A stretch of DNA of 50,142 nucleotides, from NCBI RefSeq assembly GCF_001194135.2, contig NC_068991.1:10531401-10581542 (forward strand). The letters are read 5' to 3'. The notes beneath the pieces were generated by a model. It ran no database searches. It was not told where the DNA came from and saw only the letters and a program-made list of their open reading frames with translations. A program made the position numbers and the translations under genes. Origin of the DNA: Octopus bimaculoides (lineage: Eukaryota). This document shows, piece by piece, positions 9,827-22,580 of the stretch; within the stretch, counting starts at the first letter, position 1; each line of letters begins with the position of its first letter.

Positions 9827-11519
9827 GTGGGGGTGGTGCGCTGGCAGAATTGTTAGCATGCTAAACAAAATGCTTGGCAACATTTCACTTGACTTAACCT
9901 GAGTTCAGGGATCAACGCTGAACCAAGATCAACTTGGGGCCCAGTTAGAATTTTCTTCAGGTTGAGTACCCCATCATGCTCAAAAGGTCCCTGAATAAAG
10001 TTTGTTTTAAGGATGATGAACAAAACACTCATGCTTCCAGAGGTGAATTATTCAAACCCCAAAGAATTCCTCTCAACACACGGCTATGATGCTCCCCCAC
10101 TACTTCTGCTCATGATCAGAGATGCACATATCGTCAGCCACCAAGGGACATGCTCAACTGGTTAAGGTCAAACAACTGACAAGCAAATCTGTGGTATTGA
10201 GCAGAATATTTGCTGTAGCCTATCTTTTATACCAAGGCAAAACAATGTACATGATAACGCTTCCAATCAGTGAAGATCAGAATCCATGAGACCAATGCCT
10301 GGTACTGCATCAGGGCATATTATTATTATTATTACTATTATTATTATTAAGGTGACGAGCTGGCAGAATCATTAGCACACTGGGTGAAATTCTTGGCGGT
10401 ATTTCGTCTGTNNNNNNNNNNNNNNNNNNNNNNNNNNNNNNNNNNNNNNNNNNNNNNNNNNNNNNNNNNNNNNNNNNNNNNNNNNNNNNNNNNNNNNNNN
10501 NNNNNNNNNNNNNNNNNNNNNNNNNNNNNNNNNNNNNNNNNNNNNNNNNNNNNNNNNNNNNNNNNNNNNNNNNNNNNNNNNNNNNNNNNNNNNNNNNNNN
10601 NTTTTAATGCACCACTGTGTGACCATGTGATCCTTACAATCTGATTGGATGTCACCTTAGACTACGTGGTGAAGGGCCACCTGTGTTAATTGAATTGATG
10701 AGTGCAAGGGTGGGAAAATAATTAACAAGGTTTTTTTGTTTATTTATTATTGTATCGATTTGAAAAAAAAAATTAAAAAAAAATTTTTTTTTTGCTTTTT
10801 GTTTTTTCTTTTGACATTGGCAGTTTTTGAAGCAAAATTCAATTAAGAAAAACTTCCAAGATTACAAATGATAATCAAGTTAATTAAGATATTCGCTGTG
10901 GGATATAGAAGGAAGACTTTCTACTACTGCTAGTGGCAGTGGATGTGGTGACGGTAACCTCAGGTCAAACCTGATTAAGCAGATCTTTGATCAAAAGCTC
11001 GTTATCCTTGACCAACCTTTCTTTTTAGTGGTTTCTAGAACTACATTATCCAATGTGTTTTTTTTTTTTGTTGTTTAAAAAACGATGTGGTTTGATCTGA
11101 GGGCAATTTATTTGGCCACTGTTTCTTGCAGGTCAATCCATCATGCAGTTATTGATGTTTTTGTGTTCTTGCCTAGCCCAGGCTGTCCCTTTAAGAGTAG
11201 ATCTATTATCAAAGACATTCCACCTGCGATCATTCCACCTGTGATCATTCCACCTGTCTTTCTGAGGTATGGAATTAAGGCCTACATTATCTAAGGTGTT
11301 TGCTTTTGAGATAGCAAGGTGCAATTCCAGAAAGATTTGGCTGCTCTCTCAAGCAAATTGAGTGACAGTATAGATCTTTCCCCATTGGGACATGAAAATT
11401 GATATTATTTAGCCCTAGGTCAGGGCCAATTAACCATATCGATGATCAAAGGCATTCCGTGATCAACCTGTCATGTTTCTAACATATTTCTAGGCAGACA
11501 TTATTTTGAAGACAGAAGA

Positions 11520-11647
11520 GTAGAAACTCTGCCAAATCAGATTGGAGCCTGGTGTCGCCTCCTGGTCCACCAGTCCTCAGTCAAATCGTCCAACCCATGC
11601 TAGCATGGAGAGCGGACGTTAAACGACGACGATGATGATGATGATGA
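11520..11647 (+). mobile_element. Family E 3' end
   Basis: tagaaactctgccaaatcagattggagcctgg..cgtccaacccatgctagcatggagagcggacgttaaacgacgacgatgat. Confidence 0.85.
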
Positions 11648-11699
11648 AGGGTGTGATTTGAGGCAGATTTGGCTGCGATTAGAAACCATCGTTATTACT

Positions 11700-11882
11700 G
11701 TTACCATCATTCTTCATGTCCTGAGTTCAAACTCTGCTGAAGCCAACTTTGTTTTTCAATCTTTTTTATTTTTGGAGTTGATAAAATGAATACCAGTTGA
11801 GCACTTGAGTTGCTGGCCTTGTGCCAAAATTTGAAACACTCCTCCTCCTCATTATCATCATTGTTGTTGTTGTTGTTGTTAT

Positions 11883-11914
<32 letters not shown>

Positions 11915-12290
11915 AGGTGGTGAATTGGCAGAATCGTTAGCACACTGGACAAAATGCTTAGTGGTATTTCACCTGCCGCTACGTTCTGAGTTCAAATTCC
12001 ACCGAGGTCGCCTATAAGTACCAGTTATGCACTGGTGTTGATGTAATTGACTGAATCCCCTCTCCCAAGCTGCCCTTGTGGCAGAAATTTGAAATCATCA
12101 TCAACACTCAGTAGCATTTCATACATCTATCTTTACATTCTGAGTTCAAATTCTGTTGAGTTCAACTTTGCCTATCATCCCTTTGAGGCTGATGAAATAA
12201 GTACCAGTAGTATACTAGGGTCGATGTAATTTACTGGCCCCTTTCCCCAAATTTCAGCCATTGTGCCTATAGTAGAAAGCATTATCATTG
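11700..12290 (+). mobile_element. Cluster of three family D copies or fragments
   Basis: ctgagttcaaa(c/t)t motif at about 11721, 11986 and 12140, with family D tails separated by (att)n/(gtt)n or (cat)n tracts. Confidence 0.75.
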
Positions 12291-13072
12291 AGGCAAATGT
12301 AATTTGAGGCAAATCTAGCTACTATTTCTAGCCGGTCATATGGCCAAGTAGAAGCTTACTCGTTGACTTGTAACTCTGGGTATTTAATTTTGTAGTGGTG
12401 GTGGTGGTGCTTGTGGGGTGGGGAGAGAGAGAGGAGACATTTTTATAGTTTTTGTCTTTTGTGTGTATCAAATTAGATTTTTTTTTTTCATGCCAGCATC
12501 ACCATCGCCACCAGTAGCAGCAGTGCTGCTTTTAGTATATAATATCGATTATTGAGGTCAGACAAATTGATTTCTTTTATGATTTGGACTCATTTAAGAT
12601 AAAAGCAGAAACAAAAATGATTAGATTTGACCAATTTTTACAATTGGATGAACCTAATCAGTGAGTTTTTACTGCGTTTTTCTCTCTTGGAACGAGACAG
12701 ACCATGCATGGGCATTTTCAATTCATTCTAGCCCTGTTGGATTCTATATTAAACTCAGTTGCTAGGCATAACAACAACAACAACAACAATGATAATGATA
12801 AATAAAATATAAATAATAGTTGTTGTTGGTGGTGGTGGTGTTATTGGGAGGGTGGTGAGCTGGCAGAATCATAAGCGTGTCGGACAAAATGCCTTGTAGT
12901 ATTTCATGTGTTCTGGGTTCAAATTTTGCCAAGCTCAACTTCTGTCTTTCTTCTCTTTGGGGTCGATTAAGTACCGATCAAGTTGATGTAATCAGCTAAT
13001 CCCTTCCTCCCATCAAAATTACTGACCCTGTGTCTGAATTAGAAGCATTTGTTACTCTTTTTTTTCTTTTTT

Positions 13073-13315
13073 TTTTTTTACTTGTTTCAGTCATTTGACT
13101 GCGGCCATGCTGGAGCACCGCCTTTTTTTGTTTTAGTCGAGCAAATCGACCCCGGGACTTATTCTTTGGAAGCCTAGTACTTATTCTATCGGTCTCTTTT
13201 GCCGAACTGCTAAGTTACGGGGACGTAAACACACCACCATCGGTTGTCAAGCGATGTTGGGGGGACAAACACAGACACACACACATAAACACACACATAT
13301 ATATAGATATATATA
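13073..13315 (-). mobile_element. SINE family B, 3' half running into a gap
   Basis: Near-exact reverse complement of about 7255-7480. The gap starts inside the element's central (TA)n. Confidence 0.85.
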
Positions 13316-14446
13316 NNNNNNNNNNNNNNNNNNNNNNNNNNNNNNNNNNNNNNNNNNNNNNNNNNNNNNNNNNNNNNNNNNNNNNNNNNNNNNNNNNNNN
13401 NNNNNNNNNNNNNNNNNNNNNNNNNNNNNNNNNNNNNNNNNNNNNNNNNNNNNNNNNNNNNNNNNNNNNNNNNNNNNNNNNNNNNNNNNNNNNNNNNNNN
13501 NNNNNNNNNNNNNNNNNNNNNNNNNNNNNNNNNNNNNNNNNNNNNNNNNNNNNNNNNNNNNNNNNNNNNNNNNNNNNNNNNNNNNNNNNNNNNNNNNNNN
13601 NNNNNNNNNNNNNNNNNNNNNNNNNNNNNNNNNNNNNNNNNNNNNNNNNNNNNNNNNNNNNNNNNNNNNNNNNNNNNNNNNNNNNNNNNNNNNNNNNNNN
13701 NNNNNNNNNNNNNNNNNNNNNNNNNNNNNNNNNNNNNNNNNNNNNNNNNNNNNNNNNNNNNNNNNNNNNNNNNNNNNNNNNNNNNNNNNNNNNNNNNNNN
13801 NNNNNNNNNNNNNNNNNNNNNNNNNNNNNNNNNNNNNNNNNNNNNNNNNNNNNNNNNNNNNNNNNNNNNNNNNNNNNNNNNNNNNNNNNNNNNNNNNNNN
13901 NNNNNNNNNNNNNNNNNNNNNTTTCTCTCTCCCTCTTACTTCAATACTTGACTACTTTGACAGTATTTCTCAGTACTCAAAGTCCTGAATCTGTTTCCCC
14001 TTTGCTTTAAATAACCGCCCCTCTTTTTTTTTTTTTTTACTTTATCCCCCAACCCTTCTCATATTTTATTCCCTTGTAAGCTAACACTTACTGACACTTT
14101 CTCTAAAGGTTTGTTTGTCCCTATCTTTTTGTAAAAGTCTTTTTGATTTATTTGTATGTATATATGCACATGCGTGCCTCTGTGTGTGTGTGTTTGTGTG
14201 TTTCCTTTCCCTTTCTTTATGCAATTTATGACCCCCAACTCTTCCGTTCACAGGGGCAACACCTCCCTTTACCTACCAGTTTAAAGAAGCCATAGTGAAT
14301 TGCTGATGCCTAAAAGAGTTTAATTGCTAGGCTTGGTTTCTGCACATGAAATACAAACTGTCTTATATATATCTGTGTGCATGTGTGGTTATATATATAT
14401 ATATATATATATATGTAATATATCCATGCATATGTGCGTGTGTGTA

Positions 14447-14521
<75 letters not shown>

Positions 14522-15049
14522 AATATATCCATGCATGTGTGTATATATATTTATCTATCTATCTATCTATCTATCTATCTCTCACTGTATATATATATAT
14601 ATACATACATACATACATGTAATGTATCTGTGCGTGTTTGCATGTGTATATATATATATATATATGTGTGTGTGTGAGTGTGTCATACATTATGTCAGCA
14701 ACACTCGTAGATCTTACGAAATAATAGTGTATGGATGTATTCACTTCAGTGCATACACACACACACACACATGCACACATACATATGCACGCACGCACAC
14801 ACACACACACACACATGCGTGTGCGCATGCTTATAGGGTGATCCTATTGTATAACATGCTGCTTTTCACTTTCTGTGGGGATTTTCCATCTGTAATTTAT
14901 TAGCTTTCTCTTATTTCCCTGTATTAGCGAATAACATACAGCGCACTTGTTTGTTTATTTCATGGATTTCCTGTTCCCTGATATAAAATTACATTTGATT
15001 TTATTCTGCATAACATGTAGGGGTCTCACAGCACTTCATGAACAACCAA

Positions 15050-15883
15050 CCAAAATTTCCGCAAAGGCTGAGTTCGCCTTCCATTCTTTCAGGGGGTTGA
15101 CGAAATAAGCACCAGTTAATTATGGGAGAGGTGGAGGGGCTGTGTGGGAGTGATGTAATTACTTACTCCCTCCCCTGAAATAACTGGCCCTGTGCCAAAA
15201 TTCGAAACCGTTATTAATGAAGATCGCGAACTGGCAGAATCGTTAGCATGCTGGACAAAACGCCCACAACTATTTCGTCTGTCTTTACATTCTGAGTTCA
15301 AATTCTGCCGAGGTTGACTTTGCCTTTCATCCTTTTGGTGTCGATAAAAAAGTACCAGTTTAACCCTGGGGTGTGATGTAATCAACTTAATCCCCCGCCC
15401 AAATCGTTAGCCTTATGCCAAAATTTGAAACTGTTATTAATAAAAACGGTGAGCTGGCAGAATCGTTAGCACACCGATTAAATTGTTTAGCAGCATTTCA
15501 TCTGACTTTAGGTTCTGAGTTCAAATTCCTCCAGGGTCGGCTTTCTTTCATCCTTTCGGGGTTGATAAAATAAGTACCAGTTGTGTCAATGTAATAGACT
15601 ATCCCCCCTACCCCAAATTTCAGGTCTTGTGCCTATAATAGAAAAGATTATTATTATTATTATTATTACTATTATAAGGTGGAGTGCTGGCAGAATTGTT
15701 TGGATACCAGGTAAAATGCATAGTGGCATTTCATGTATCTGCATGTTCTGAGTTCAAATTCCGCCAGAGTCCTTTCAGAGTCGATAAATTAAGTACCAAT
15801 TGAGTACTGGGGTCAATGAAATTGATTAGTCCCTTCCCCAAAATTTCAGGCCTCGTGCTTTTAGTAGAAAGGATTATTGTTAC

Positions 15884-15925
<42 letters not shown>

Positions 15926-16050
15926 CATTATCCTTTCATCCTTTCAGAGTTGATAAATTGAGTACCAGTGAAATTCTGGAGGTCGATGTAATCGACTAGC
16001 CTCCTCCTCCAACACTTCAGGCCTTGTGCCTTTAATAGAAAGGATTATTA

Positions 16051-16088
<38 letters not shown>

Positions 16089-16090
16089 GG
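15050..16090 (+). mobile_element. Head-to-tail chain of about five family D copies or fragments
   Basis: Heads (ga(a/g)ctggcagaat) at about 15229, 15451 and 15685, plus headless fragments at 15050 and 15930. Each unit ends in gcc..gtgcc..(att)n directly followed by the next. Confidence 0.85.
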
Positions 16091-17092
16091 TATCATTCAT
16101 TTGTTTATGGAACCGAAACTGGTATACTATACTCTAAAAACATCTACACGCACACGCATACGCACAGATATAAATATTTGTGTGTGTGTGTTATGGATCT
16201 GTGTGATGCATTGTGTTAATTTCTGTCTGTATTTCCTGCCAAACTCAGTCCCCACCCTCATCAGTTCCCCTTCAATACATCCCTGGCATCCACATAAGAG
16301 TCTACAATAACACAGCAATGCGCACCAAACAACACACGCACGCACGTACGTATCTCACATGCTAACACTGTATCCTGCCTGCCTGCCTGCCTGCAGGCGT
16401 GCCAGTCTACAACAAGCCTGGCAGTCTATAGGCCTGCCAGCTTTTGCACACACANNNNNNNNNNNNNNNNNCACACACACACACACACACACACACGCAC
16501 GCAGATCTCTCTCTCTCTCTCTCGCAGTCTCCCTTTCTTCCTCTCCCCTGCATTTTGCTTCTTTGTTTTGCTGTGTGAAGGAAAGACTTTTAAAGCTTAT
16601 TTATTTTAACCGGAGATAAATTAATCATAAGGTTAATCATCATCATCATCATCATCATCATCATTGTCATGATTATCATCATTGTTGCCATCGTCGTCGT
16701 CACCATCATCATTGTCATCATCATTATCATTGTCGCCGTTATCATCATCATCACCATCATCATCATCGCTGTTGTGGTCACCTTTGTCATTATCATCATC
16801 TTTATCAAAATAACCATTTTGCATCCCTTTTTCCAGATGGACTTGCATCATCTTGTATGCGCTGTAACAGGAAAAAAAGAAAAAATGTTTAACCAACTTT
16901 GGTATTAGTATATATCTTACTGCATTGATAGGGTACATTTTGCCATGCCACTAGCTCTAAAGAGGTTGACCTATGTGAAGAGGACTGAAGATTCTATTCC
17001 ACTGTTTTAGTTCTTAATCAGAATTCTTGGATAGGCAGCCCTTGGATAGGTAGCTCTTGGGTAGGTTGCTCTTGAAGTGGTTTACAAAATCT

Positions 17093-17462
17093 AAAGAGCA
17101 CTCAGAGAGCGCAAACCTTCACCAAGGTAACACTAATGTCCTCTCAACAATTAACCAGATATGGTTTTTAAAATGAGAATATCTGAAATGAACTCGACTG
17201 CTCTCACAAACGAGAATGCTAAAAATGAACCCGACCGCTCTCAAAAATTGAGTAATGGAACTGGAAAAATAATCCAGAATGCTTGTCTGATACCTGATTG
17301 ATCCCAAAATCTAATCAGTTTGTGCCAGCCACAAGGCTAAACATCCCAGAAATTTTCATGCAAATCTATCCAGCAGTTCTTGAGATAACTTGTCTATGGA
17401 CAAACAAACAAACAAACGTGCCTGAAAAACAATACCTCTGCCTTCACTAAGGTAGAGGTAAC
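17093..17462 (+). mobile_element. Helentron-associated (HINE/Pearl-like) non-autonomous element
   Basis: 5' aagagcactcagagagcgcaaaccttcacc, two ~37-bp core repeats (atgaac.cgac.gctctca.aaa), a (caaa)n microsatellite and a 3' stem-loop tacctctgcctt-cact-aaggtagaggta (17433-17460). The 3' arm is an imperfect inverted match to the 5' subterminal accttcacc. Confidence 0.65.
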
Positions 17463-17519
17463 AATAATAATAATGATAATAATGATAATAATGATAATAA
17501 TGATAATAATAATAATAAT

Positions 17520-17910
17520 GATAATCCTTTCTGCTATAGGCACAAGGCCTGAATTTTGGGGGTAGGGATAAGTCGATTACCATATTTTAAAATGTATAAG
17601 GAACCCCCTAATTTTGGGGGCTTAAAATTTGGAGAAAAGGTTTTGTAAGTGATTATAATACTATCCATGTATAAGAAACTCCCATATTTTTTTAAACCTA
17701 ATTTTTGACAAAAAAAGGGTTCGTTATGCACGTTAAAATACGGTACATCGACCCCAGTACTCAACCATTACTTATTTCATTAAGCCCAAAAGGATGAAAG
17801 GCAGAGACAACCTGAACGGTATTTGAACTCGGAACATAAAGACAGACGATATGCTGCTAAGCATTTTCCCAGCATGCTAATGATTCTGCCAGCTTACCAT
17901 CTTAATAATG

Positions 17911-17948
<38 letters not shown>

Positions 17949-18160
17949 CCTTTCTACTAAAGGCCTGAAAATTGGGGGTAGGGAACTAGTCAATTACATC
18001 AACCCCAAGTGTTTTACTGCTACTTAATTTATCAACCCTGAAAGGATGAAAGATAAAGTCTACCTCGGCGGAATTTGAACTCAGAATGTAAAGATAGACA
18101 AAATACCGCTAAGCATTTTTCCTGGCGTGCTAACGATTCTACCAGCTTGCCACCTTTAAT
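17520..18160 (-). mobile_element. Two tandem minus-strand family D copies (the first interrupted by a MITE)
   Basis: (aat)n tails followed by cctttctactata/aaggc..., gaaaggatgaaaggc.., gaatttgaactcag and ctgccagctt heads at about 17890 and 18145. Confidence 0.82.
17580..17743. mobile_element. TA-flanked Tc1/mariner-type MITE inserted in a family D SINE
   Basis: TA(17578-79)-ccatattttaaaatgtataagga ... tcgttatgcacgttaaaatacgg-TA(17744-45). Termini match at about 20/25 including TA. Removing the insert and one TA restores the SINE sequence gtcgatTAcatcgacccc. Confidence 0.8.
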
Positions 18161-19573
18161 AATAATAGTAATTATGATGATGATGATGATGATGATGATG
18201 ATACTTTTTACCATCTGGTACTTCCTGCCACATGTTTGTGAGGGAGTCTTATTACTAATTAAACTACAGCATCCAACTTATTCTATCCATGCTGGAAATC
18301 TGGAAGACTCATCATCATCATCATCATCGTTTCAACCTTCACTTTTCCATGTTTGCATGGATCAGACAGATTTTATTGTGGAGAGCTTTTGACAGCTGCA
18401 TGCCCTCCCTGTCATTAACCTTCTTCTGTTTCCAAGCAAGGTAATATGTCCTCATGGCCAGACATGTTTTCGAAGAACACTGGAAATGAATGGCATTGCT
18501 TGTATGACAATGGCATTCATTTACGACAACTACACGATCTCAAGACAAGGAAACACAAGCATATACACATTTACACATACATGCAAGCACGCATAGATAC
18601 ATACATTCATTCATACATACATACATACATACATACATAGCAAACTTCTTTCAGCTTCCATCTACCAAATTCACTCACCAGGCTTTGGTTGGCCCAGGGC
18701 GATAACAGAAGACACTTTCTCAAAGTGTCACTCAATGAGAGTGAACCCGAAACGCTGTGGTTCATAAGCAAACGTTTTAACCACACAGCTATGCCTGTAC
18801 AAAATTGATCTTAGACTTAACATCTGAATGTAAAGGAATGTGGCTGAACGCTGCATAGCATTTTCTCTATAGCTGTACTGATTCTTTCACTCTGCCACCC
18901 ATAATATTGATAATGGTTTTTTTGCTGCTTCTTTTTTTTTTTTTTTTTTTTTTTTGTATAATGGCAAATAGCCATACATTTTCCAGGTGGATACTGTCAA
19001 TTAAATCCAGTCTGGTGTTTGACTTGTAATTACTTTATCAACCTGTTGTGGACAACTCTCGGCTCCATCGTTTGTTTTTTGATCAAATACAACATTAAAA
19101 GCCTTGGCACTAATTATTAACAATAAGTGACTGTCATGCTGTTGTACACAGAAGTTCAAAAAAAAANNNNNNNNNNNNNNNNNNNNNNNNNNNNNNNNNN
19201 NNNNNNNNNNNNNNNNNNNNNNNNNNNNNNNNNNNNNNNNNNNNNNNNNNNNNNNNNNNNNNNNNNNNNNNNNNNNNNNNNNNNNNNNNNNNNNNNNNNN
19301 NNNNNNNNNNNNNNNNNNNNNNNNNNNNNNNNNNNNNNNNNNNNNNNNNNNNNNNNNNNNNNNNNNNNNNNNNNNNNNNNNNNNNNNNNNNNNNNNNNNN
19401 NNNNNNNNNNNNNNNNNNNNNNNNNNNNNNNNNNNNNNNNNNNNNNNNNNNNNNNNNNTTTTAGAGATTGTCATGGGTCCACCCAAGCCATCGTTGGGTG
19501 GCATAGTAGAAAGAAGAAGAAAAAAACTGAACAATTCTCTCATACACTCATTTCATTTTCTGATTTAAAAAAA

Positions 19574-19801
19574 TTTTTTATTGCCCACAAGGGGCTAAAC
19601 ATAGAGGGGACAAACAAGGACAGACAAAGGGATTAAATCGATTCCATTTACCCCAGTGCATAACTGGTACTTAATTTATCAACCCCGAAAGGATGAAAGG
19701 CAAAGTCGACCTCGGAGGAATTTGAACTCAGAACGTAATGGCAGACAAAATACTGCTAAGCATTTCGCCCGGTGTGCTAATGTTTCTGCCAGCTCACCGC
19801 C
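19574..19801 (-). mobile_element. Family D copy, long-tail variant
   Basis: Reverse complement of 43976-44204, with tail ..ccctctatgtttagccccttgtgggcaataaa. Confidence 0.85.
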
Positions 19802-20364
19802 TTTCATTTTCTGTCACATACACATAGCATCAGAAGAGGCTCATTTGCACTTGGATAACTTGTAAACTGATTGGAGATGGAAAGTAAAATATTCTACACA
19901 AATTTATACATTATTTATGTTATCACTCTTACAATTTGGGGATTTGATTACAGATGGAAAATAGCAAGTTCACACAAATTCATCTTTCATTCTCTGAGAT
20001 TATCTATACAGATACAGAGACACATGGATAAACATTTTTATATTGTAAATGCTAGCCTTTGTTTCTCACTCATTTTAACTAGATTTATATGTTCTTGTCC
20101 TTAGTTAGCCCTTGTAGTTGATTTGTATGATTTAACAGAATAAATATGTTGTTGATTATTAACACACAGTCTGCTTCTGTCTTATCCTTATCAACATCAG
20201 ATAATATTTTACCATAAACTACTACTGTTAAAAATCCTGAAAGTCTAGTAGAGTTTAAAGCAAAGTTAGACAGCCACACTCAAAATGGTGTATTTTACGT
20301 GCCACCTGCAGAGGAGCCAGTCCAGCGGCACTGGCGACGATCTCGCTTGAAAGTCTTATTAATA

Positions 20365-20820
20365 ATCATTTCTACTATAGGCACAAGGCCTGAAATTTAA
20401 AGGGAGGGGATTAGCCAATTACAACAACCCTAGTACTCAACTGGTACTTACTTTATTGACCCCCGAAAGGATGAAAGGCAAAGTCAACCTCAGTGGAATT
20501 TGAACTCAGAACATAAGGACGGATAAAATGCTGTCCAGCATTTTTTACCTGATGTGCTAATGATCCTGCCTGCTCATTACCTTAATATGATAATAATAAT
20601 CATCTTTACCATAGGCACAAAAGCCTGACATTTGTGCAGAGGAGACTATTTGATTACATTGACCCCAGTACTCGACTGGTACTTATTTTATTGACTCTGA
20701 AAGGATGAAAGGCAAAGTCAACCTCTGTGGAATTTGAACCCAGAATGTAAGGACAGACAGTATGTCATTAAGTGCTCTGCTCAGTGTGCTAACGAGTCAG
20801 CCAGCTTGCTGCCTTAATCA
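20365..20820 (-). mobile_element. Two tandem minus-strand family D copies
   Basis: Two units of ataggcacaaggcctga..ctggtactta..gaaaggatgaaaggcaaagtcaacctc..gaatttgaac, separated by (aat)n. Confidence 0.82.
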
Positions 20821-21047
20821 TAATAATTATAAAGATAATAATTATTTCTAACATTAGCACATGGACACACAGGCAGTCATACACATATGTACGCATATAC
20901 ATGTACACATGTACCCATGTACACACATACAGGCAGATATAATCTTTGCAGATAGAAAAACACTGGGTACTTATTTTTCTTTATTTATTTACATGGACTT
21001 AGGAAAGTTACACCCTTACAAATAAACATAGTTGTGTGTGCTCATGT

Positions 21048-21090
<43 letters not shown>

Positions 21091-21311
21091 TGAAGAAAGC
21101 ACACCATTTGGGGTACATATTTTGCTTAAGTTTGAGATGGACTTACGAAAATTGCACATACACACATACATGCATGCATGCACAGACACACACACACACA
21201 TACAGAGAGATTCTCACGCACACTTGTAGATACTGACACAGGGTGCATATACACAGCAGTGGTTTGTATGATAATTAGATCATTAGTGTTGAAAGCACTG
21301 AGAATTCAATG

Positions 21312-21358
<47 letters not shown>

Positions 21359-21594
21359 ATATAATAATAATAATAGTAATAATAATATTAAACAACAGAG
21401 ATTCTAGGAGATATTTCAGATTGTCTTCAGCTGTTGAGACAAGAAAAATAAACAATTTAGATTATTATTTAATAACAGATATTTATATCAGTCTATATAT
21501 ATATGTGTATGTCTACACGTACGCGTGTGTGTACACACACACACACAAATATGTAAAGAATGTTGCTTGTTACATTAGTTTCACTTGTGGCAGC

Positions 21595-21925
21595 TTCTTT
21601 CCTCTTTTACTTGTTGAAGTCATTGGACTGCAGTCATGCTGAGGGGTTACCCGCCTTATAGAGTCTTAGTCAAGCAGATCAACTCCAGTGCTTATTCTAT
21701 TGGTCTCTTTTGCCAAACTGCTAGGTTATGGGTGCATAGACATATCAACATTGATTGTCAAGTGATGGTGGTGACGAGGGACAAACACACACACACACAC
21801 ACAACAGGCTTCAGCACAGTTTTCTATCTAACAAATTCATTTGGGGGTTGTTGATTGGCTGGGGCTTTCACAATTAGGAGATGCTTGCCCAAGGTTCTGT
21901 GCAGTGGGATTGAAACTGAAACTGT
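21595..21925 (-). mobile_element. SINE family B, old diverged copy
   Basis: Recognisable tail (cttgtt..agtcattggactgcagtcatgctg), body (tattctattggtctcttttgccaaactgcta) and head (tgcccaagg..gcagtgggattgaa). Confidence 0.65.
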
Positions 21926-22489
21926 GGCTCTCACGGGTTGTAACTGATCCTGTTTGGAATTACTGCTCTCTTAGGTGGTTGTAAGACTATGTCCCCTTTT
22001 TGGCAAGGCTTCTATGGTTGGATGCCCTTCCTATCACTTTATTGATTGTACTGGGTGCATTTTATTATGGTGTCAATAAGGGTAAAGGGTAAGGACCCAC
22101 TCTGATCATAAATGACCATGGGATTGCACCTAGAACGTTCCCCTCTGAGGTACAAGTCTGGGTACGGTTGTTTATGGACAACCATCAGTTGCCCATGCAT
22201 GCCATCCTCCCCTCTTCATGCCACTGATGTTATCCAAGAGAAGCTTGGATAAGCTTGAAGCTTACTAGCTTCCTACACCTAGATCCTTAGATTTTAACAT
22301 TGCATATCATTGTGTGTGTGTGTGTGTGTGTGTTTTTATGTTCACTTATAATAAAAACAATTTTACTTTAATCTGAAGGGTTACTCCGTACTTTTTGTAG
22401 AGTACAAGTTTATTAGTTTTCATCAAGAATAGTATCGACTAGTGGCTTTGAAGTTTCAGCCTACTAATCCATCATCTATCTATTCTATA

Positions 22490-22515
22490 TATATACATAT
22501 ATATATAAGTATGTT

Positions 22516-22580
<65 letters not shown>

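Noticed and set aside
9930-10320. Probable dispersed repeat (also 22080-22240)
   Set aside because: It looks like repeat sequence but has one copy in the window and no diagnostic termini, so it cannot be classified from this sequence.
16633-16938. Asp-rich 101-aa ORF as a confident gene
   Set aside because: It is mostly a degenerate (GAT)n repeat. It is kept only as a low-interest finding, not as a feature.
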